A stretch of 64,000 bases of DNA from Eledone cirrhosa (Eukaryota). The translations under genes and the position numbers were made by a program. Numbering within the stretch: position 1 is the stretch's first letter; every line of letters starts with the position of its first letter. The DNA lies in contig OZ024745.1 in the NCBI GenBank assembly GCA_964016885.1, forward strand, positions 116,808,001-116,872,000, written 5' to 3'. The notes under the pieces were generated by a model. That model searched no databases, had not been told where the DNA came from, and worked only from the letters and a program-made list of their open reading frames with translations. Below are positions 56,798 to 64,000 of the stretch, one piece after another.

Positions 56798-57699
56798 TAT
56801 ACATTATGTCAACACCATAACATGCTAATCATCCAAACAGACACATACATACACACACACATAACACCTACTTTAGAAAATAAAAACCAGAACTAAATAA
56901 ACCTTAACATACACACACATAACACCCATACACACACACATAACACCCCCCCCCCCCCACACACACACACAACTCCCTACCCCATTTCTACTAATAGAAT
57001 CACTTTCCTACACACATACAAAATATATATATTCTCTGCATATTATCATACTCCCCCCCCCCCACACACACACACAACACCCTCCCCAATTTCTACTAAT
57101 AGAATCATCTTCCTACACACACACACAAGCACACAAATGAACATACATATCGCTACTTTCTTTATTTCAATAGAAAGTCTGAATTCTGATACCCCAACGA
57201 ACCAGCCATATTCACTGAACCAGAACAATTCTCCCCTTCCCATTTCTCTTGACCATTATCTTTTGTTTGTCATAAAATTCTCTACAAGGCTACAAAATAA
57301 ATTCCCAAATACGGGCGCGAAATTTAATGAACTTGTTCACGTTCCAGTCATAATTTCATTGATAACCAATCAAATTACATTTATTTAAAAAAAGCCTTCA
57401 TGAGCCACTTTTTTTTAAGTAAAAAGAAATTCAAACAAACTAGCACGAAAGCTGATGTGCTTATTCACGTGACTGCATCAACCAACCAAACTTCACTCAT
57501 ATATGAAAAAACAACCTGAGTCCCTCCCCACTCCTTTGTTTGAAGAACTTTGTAACACGAATTGGTGCAAAATTTATTATACTTATTCATCAACCAATCA
57601 AATTACTTCTCTAAAAACCTGGCGTTTTGAGCCACTTTTTCCTTATAACATTTTCCATATAACATTCAAAGACCAACCAGATGTGAGAAAAACCACAGA

Positions 57700-57770
57700 C
57701 CTTCCATCTCAACGCTACTTTTGAAAAGCAGAAGAACTGCGAAACCGAAAACATCAAGTGAGTGGGAAGG
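57700..57770 (+). ncRNA. Hammerhead-like motif with U3-A8 core and extended stem I
   Basis: CCTTCC...ACTT-TTGAAAA-GCAGaagaaCTGC-GAAA-...-TC|AAGT...GGAAGG, ~900 bp downstream of the GIY-YIG ORF on the same strand and just before (TA)n; stem III is poor. Confidence 0.55.
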
Positions 57771-57812
57771 CAATCAAGACTTTTTTGGTCATATCTGATA
57801 GCTTTGTTTCAA

Positions 57813-57943
<131 letters not shown>

Positions 57944-59490
57944 ATGGGGGCAGTAAAAACCAGTTAGACCATTACTCACCACAGTACTCGATACTTGAGG
58001 TAGTGGAGGGGGTAATATGAAAAAATTCCTTATATAAAACACAAATTCATAATACTATAGATTCTTAGCCAACTAACAATAACACGGGAGACAAAATAAC
58101 AAAAACTATCTTTAAGATTAATATTAGATTTATTGGTGTTTGAAATAAGTAAATTAGTGAACAAGGTGCCTTTCCCATGACAGGACAACCCATCTAACCC
58201 ATGCTAACAAGGAAGAATGGATGTAAAATGGTGATGATGATATGTATGTATAAAATAGGGAGACACAAAGCAGGCTTTGTTTACAGACAGCTAGCGAATT
58301 TGAAAATTAGATAGTAACATGTGCTTACGCAGTGTTTGACTAAATAGAATTAGTCTGTTAGTTGGGAGTTTAAAAAAAATCCTCTGAATGGAAAAAAGGA
58401 TGAGTATTGACATACATAGAACACGAACCCACATCTTAGGTTTGCCAGACCAATGTGTACCATTACACATCCTGAATAGATTTAAATAGCAGTATACATT
58501 GTATATTGTTTTCTGTGAATTTCCTGTCTGCTGTAAAAATAAACACATATCTCATACTATATGTTCAATGCAAGATTTTAATATTAACTTTTAGTTTCCT
58601 TCTGTTCCTGACCTGCACCTAAGTACTTTTTATGTTGTAGGAGATATTTCACTACCAATTTGTTTCCTGAAGTTATTGATATCATATATACATTGATATA
58701 TATATACATAAGAATTCTTTGACAGGCAAAAAACTTATATCAATAACTTCAGGAAAAAAATTGGTAGTGAAATATCTCCTACAACATAAAAAGTACTTAG
58801 GTGCAGGTCAGGAATAGAAGGAAACTAAAAGTAAATAAAATCTTGCATTGAACATATAGTAAGAGATATGTGTTTATTTTTACAGCAGACAGGAAATTCA
58901 CAGAAAACAATATACATTGTATACTGCTATTTAAATCTATTCAGGAAACATGGTATGCTATCATTTAACCTTAACTTAACCTATAAACTATTTTTATGTT
59001 TTATTTCAATGGTTAATTTTGCCTTACAAAAACATAAACTTCTGAAGCACTAGATTACTCCACACCTAACTAAGAAAGGCCACCCAATTAACTAATTAGC
59101 ATGAAGTCACTCATCATCATACTATATAATGTAATGACCTCTGCTTCTCTAAAATGGTAAGTCTCATGCTACATTCACTCAGGCACTTCCAACTCACTCA
59201 TTTCTCTTCTTATCATCTATATTATATCCACTATTTCCACAACCTCAGACCTCTAGAATTCCATCCATGCACATGATTTTGCTGCAGTTGTTCACTTGCT
59301 ACTACCCAAGATATATGTTGAGTCTGTCTCAGATGGTCTGTAAAGGGCAAGGACACTACTTCTTTTTCCACATAAAAGAAATAGAATATAGAAGAAACAT
59401 AGAGGTCAGGTGTGTGCTTCTCGACGCTCAAAATGCAATACTTTGCTGCAAATATATTATACACCTAAAGTAGCCATATTTAGCTGTAAA

Positions 59491-60897
59491 TAAGTATACC
59501 ACATGGAAGTATAAGTATGCCACATGGAAGTATAAGTATGACACATGGAAGTATAAGTATGACACATGGAAGTATAAGTATGACACATGGAAGTATAAGT
59601 ATGACACATGGAAGTATAAGTATACCACATGGAAGTATAAGTATACCACATGGAAGTATAAGTATGCCACATGGAAGTATAAGTGTACCACATGGAAGTA
59701 TAAGTATACCACATGGAAGTATAAGTATACCACATGGAAGTATAAGTATGCCACATAGAAGTATAAGTATACCACATGGAAGTATAAGTATACCACATGG
59801 AAGTATAAGTATGCCACATGGAAGTATAAGTATGACACATGGAAGTATAAGTATGACACATGGAAGTATAAGTATACCACATGGAAGTATAAGTATGCCA
59901 CATGGAAGTATAAGTATGACACATGGAAGTATAAGTATACCACATGGAAGTATAAGTATGCCACATGGAAGTATAAGTATGCCACATGGAAGTATAAGTA
60001 TGACACATGGAAGTATAAGTATACCACATGGAAGTATAAGTATACCACATGGAAGTATAAGTATGCCACATGGAAGTATAAGTGTACCACATGGAAGTAT
60101 AAGTATGACACATGGAAGTATAAGTATGACACATGGAAGTATAAGTATGCCACATGGAAGTATAAGTATGCCACATGGAAGTATAAGTATGACACATGGA
60201 AGTATAAGTATACCACATGGAAGTATAAGTATACCACATGGAAGTATAAGTGTACCACATGGAAGTATAAGTATACCACATGGAAGTATAAGTGTACCAC
60301 ATGGAAGTATAAGTATGCCACATGGAAGTATAAGTGTGACACATGGAAGTATAAGTATGACACATGGAAGTATAAGTATGCCACATGGAAGTATAAGTAT
60401 ACCACATGGAAGTATAAGTATGCCACATGGAAGTATAAGTATGACACATGGAAGTATAAGTATGACACATGGAAGTATAAGTATGCCACATGGAAGTATA
60501 AGTATACCACATGGAAGTATAAGTATGCCACATGGAAGTATAAGTATGACACATGGAAGTATAAGTATGACACATGGAAGTATAAGTATGACACATGGAA
60601 GTATAAGTATGCCACATGGAAGTATAAGTATACCACATGGAAGTATAAGTATGCCACATGGAAGTATAAGTATGCCACATGGAAGTATAAGTATGACACA
60701 TGGAAGTATAAGTATGACACATGGAAGTATAAGTATACCACATGGAAGTATAAGTGTACCACATGGAAGTATAAGTATGCCACATGGAAGTATAAGTATG
60801 CCACATGGAAGTATAAGTATGCCACATGGAAGTATAAGTATGACACATGGAAGTATAAGTATACCACATGGAAGTATAAGTGTACCACATGGAAGTA
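59491..60897. repeat. 21-bp minisatellite, ~67 copies (CACATGGAAGTATAAGTAT-AC/GC/GA)
   Basis: Very homogeneous units with interspersed variants. Confidence 0.98.
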
Positions 60898-61377
60898 ACA
60901 CTTTCCTACTGCTTACATCCATTTAATAAGTGCTTCATTATTTTGTAGTGTTTAATTATATTCTGTGGATCTAGGGAATGCGAAAGGAAAGCTCATTCAC
61001 TAGCTTACCAAGCTAATTAACCTTTGTATATGTTATGAACCTTATATCAGGGCATTCAGCTCATCGTCGAATCGTATTCTATTATAGATATTTTAATTAA
61101 CCCTTTTATGACCGTATCTCTAATGAATTACACACTGTTTTAATTAATTAACGAAGAATATCGAGGAATTTACTAAAATTATTAATTAATTCATTATTAA
61201 GATAGTAACTTAATGTAAGTTCCAAGATTATGTTGGAAGATTATGATTTAACCCTTTAGCATTTAAACCAGCCATTTCCGGTTAGAATTCTCTCACCTCT
61301 TTCTGTTCAAACTCGCTGTAACCCGCCACTCATACTGATGTTAAGTTTTTGTTCTCAAAATAAATAATATCAAAATA

Positions 61378-62028
61378 GGTAGGTGGTGGTGGTGATGATA
61401 GTGGTAGGTGGTGGTGTTGATGATAGTGGTAGGTGGTGGTGGTAGGTGATGGTGGTAGTCGTGTGAGGTGGTGGTGGTGGTGGTGGTGGTGGTGGTGGTG
61501 GTTGGCTTGGTGGTGGTGGTGGTGGTGATGCTGGTGGTGGTGGTGGTGATGCTGGTGGTGGTATGGTGGTGGAGGTCGTGGTGGTGGTGGCGGTTGTAAT
61601 GGTGGGACGTGGTGGTGATGGTGTTTGTGGTGGTATGGTAGTGGTAGGTGGTGGTGGTAGGTGATGGTGGTAGTCGTGTGAGGTGGTGGTGGTGGTGGTG
61701 GTGGTGGTGGTGGTGGTGGTGGTTGGTTTGGTGGTGGTGGTGGTGGTGATGCTGGTGGTGGTGGTGGTGATGCTGGTGGTGGTATGGTGGTGGAGGTTGT
61801 GGTGGTGGTGGCGGTGGTAATGGTGGGACGTGGTGGTGATGGTGTTTGTGGTGGTATGGTAGTGGTTGGTGGTGATGGTAGTGATGGGGGTGATGGTAAT
61901 GGTGGTGGTGATGGTCTTGGTGAGAGGTGATGGTGGTAGTGGCATGAGGTGACGGTGGTGGGAGGTGGTGATGGTGGTGGTCGTGGTAGAGGTGTGAGGT
62001 GGTGATGGTGTGAGGTGATGATGGTGGT
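61378..62028. repeat. (GGT)n-rich low-complexity tract with an internal ~220-bp duplication
   Basis: 61424-61640 is repeated at 61640-61865. Confidence 0.9.
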
Positions 62029-62190
62029 CATAGACAAAAGAAAAAGAAAGAGGTGAAAGCATAGAAAGCCTCAATTTCAACAGTTTGAATGAAATGAAAG
62101 ATTTCTTTTACAAACATTAATAAAATGGATTAACACTTTAGCTGCCATGGCAACACATACATTGCTTTTCTACATCTGAGTTACATTTAC

Positions 62191-62315
62191 CTCTTACTGT
62201 ATCTATTGGATGGATGGTGACCACTATCACAACAGGAAGTGCTTTTATCAACTTGGACAAAGTTATGGTGATCTGATGTATATTGAGGAAGAAGTGGTTT
62301 CTTGAATTCAGACAT
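62191..62315 (-). CDS. Candidate first coding exon of the same host gene
   Basis: ATG at 62315 gives MSEFKKPLLPQYTSDHHNFVQVDKSTSCCDSGHHPSNRYSK plus AG|GTAAAT (phase 2); possible acceptor TGTACAG| at 62360. Confidence 0.45.
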
Positions 62316-62429
62316 TTAAAACAGTAGTGGTCAGTATTTCTCATTCCAAAGTAGTCAGAACTGTACAAATTGGGTAACTCACAAGTTGATTGGTTCTGAT
62401 GATTCTTTGAGTGACTTAGACCCTAAAGT

Positions 62430-62690
62430 CTGCCTCAAATCCTGAGGCTCCTCAGGGTGGTGCTTATCCTGATTCAATGGTGCTAAGTGACTGAAAGTAC
62501 AGGACTCACCCCTGGACAAGAGGCCAGTCATCACAGGTATTGCTGGTACACATTTTCAGCTGGGTATACTGGAGCAACATGAAATAAATTGTTTTGCTCA
62601 AGAAAACAACACAGAACCCAGCCCAGGAATCAAACCCACAACATTATTGTCATGTCTAACACCCTTACCACTAGACCACACACCTCCACT
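62430..62690 (-). mobile_element. tRNA-derived SINE, same family as 1666-1920
   Basis: Reverse-complement similarity along head and body. Confidence 0.7.
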
Positions 62691-62962
62691 GACTCAGAAC
62701 CTGAAGAATATTATTCAAATGCATTCAGTTTTGATGTTGCAACTTTAGATAGTAAAATTAAAGCCACCATACTTGAACATTCACATTAATGCTCACCAAA
62801 ATAATTATCTAGTCATGTATATACAAAAGAAGATTGCGAGTTTGGCTTTTACATGCTATCTTCAATTCGGTATTCTTTAAAATATAGTTTTGATTTTATT
62901 TTGTACGCAGAGTTCCTATGAAATATCAAAAGGCTGAGCACTATCATATGTAGAGGATATAA

Positions 62963-64000
62963 TTTTTTTTTTTTTTTTTACTTCATCATCATTTTTTTTT
63001 TTTTTTTTAAACACTTTAGTCTTTATTGTGTTGTATCAGATGAAAGAATGGTATTTAACTAATGTATTGGTACGTGATGTGGCCCACCCACAGCCCCGCC
63101 GGACAGAATGGAGAAGGCGTTTCCCCGAAGGACGGCAAGTGAGACGCGCTGGAAAAGCCACTCCAACTCACGGGACTCACACCTGCGGCTGGCCAGCTCA
63201 GCGCCTAAGGTGGTGAGTAAGGAGGTAGCCCTGGGGCCGAGGACACCAGAAGTCTCCACTGCCAGGGGAACAACCGCAAACCTGTCGGAGAGCGACCGGT
63301 ATTTGAGGAGTTTGGCCCCCTCAGCCCGACGTGCAGCAGAACCTGGGTCAGTCGCAGACTGCACCAGGTTGCGGCTGCAGAAAGTGTCGGTGCAAGTGGC
63401 ATCCCAGACGAGAAGTTTGCCACCGCGGAACGGGAAGATAGTCATGCCATCTGGCCTTTTGCCGTCCCCTCGATTCAGCCCCACCGGCTCAAGCTGGGAA
63501 GGGAAGCCTGCAGTGTCCAAGCGATAAATAATGACCTCGTTGAGGGCAGCATGGCATGGAATGCGGCCGGCACTGTGGCGACAGGAAAGCGGGTGGAGGC
63601 CGAAAGAGTCCACGGTAGAACCGCAGTGACATTGGTGTCACTGGCAGATCCGGAGGCCGAGCCTCAGGGAAACGCCGATTCGCAGGCTATGGTTGTCTAG
63701 CTGCGTGCCAGTGGAGAAGGATGGCAGGGCATGGAGCTAGGCACCACTGTGGGGTTTGGAGGCCGCACGATAACAAGCAAGACGGTGCTGGTTGAGCTGG
63801 TGGGTGAGCCTGTCTGAGGACAGGCTGGACTGGATGGCATCCCAAGTGCGTTGGAGGGACTTGACGTCAACAGGGGAAGAAGGAGGAGGGACGTCTACTG
63901 GGCTAAGTCCCAGCCGGTCCCACATTTCACAGACAGCCTCACGTTCTCTGAACACAGAGGGTTCTGTTGTGTTTTGAAGAACCCTGCTGACGAGGACGCA
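62963..64000 (-). mobile_element. CRE-clade non-LTR retrotransposon 3' part (REL endonuclease) with poly(A) tail
   Basis: CHCG...HPLSC zinc knuckle, KRPDG, LVWDATC, K..KY, PLAVETSG, FQRVSLAVLRGNA; T-runs at 62963-63008; contains frame disruptions. Confidence 0.9.

Noticed and set aside
59428-60926. Four ~480-aa ORFs
   Set aside because: A stop-free 21-bp tandem unit; no unique flanking domain or splice evidence.
61330-62080. Proline/His/Thr-rich extensin-like ORFs
   Set aside because: A (GGT)n low-complexity tract open in several frames.

Overview
AT-rich, microsatellite-laden metazoan genomic DNA with a 200-N gap at 36280-36479. The SINE families look cephalopod (octopus-like); that assignment is from recall and was not searched. 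Nearly all long ORFs in the track are artefacts of simple or tandem repeats. The window is mostly decayed mobile DNA: two Helitron RepHel relics and non-autonomous Helitrons, RTE, CR1-like, Tx1 and CRE LINE fragments, Tc1/mariner and hAT relics, many tRNA-derived SINEs and three large minisatellites (20, 21 and 35 bp units). Two candidate exons (62191-62315 and 38297-38575, minus strand) suggest the right half lies inside long introns of an unidentified host gene. The most striking structure is missing from the ORF track. There are about 11 type I hammerhead-ribozyme motifs, several with perfect stems and palindromic stem III. They sit in otherwise unrelated sequence next to (TA)n tracts, often inside fold-back inverted duplications and near Penelope-like GIY-YIG relics. 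All structures were read by eye and coordinates of decayed elements are approximate.
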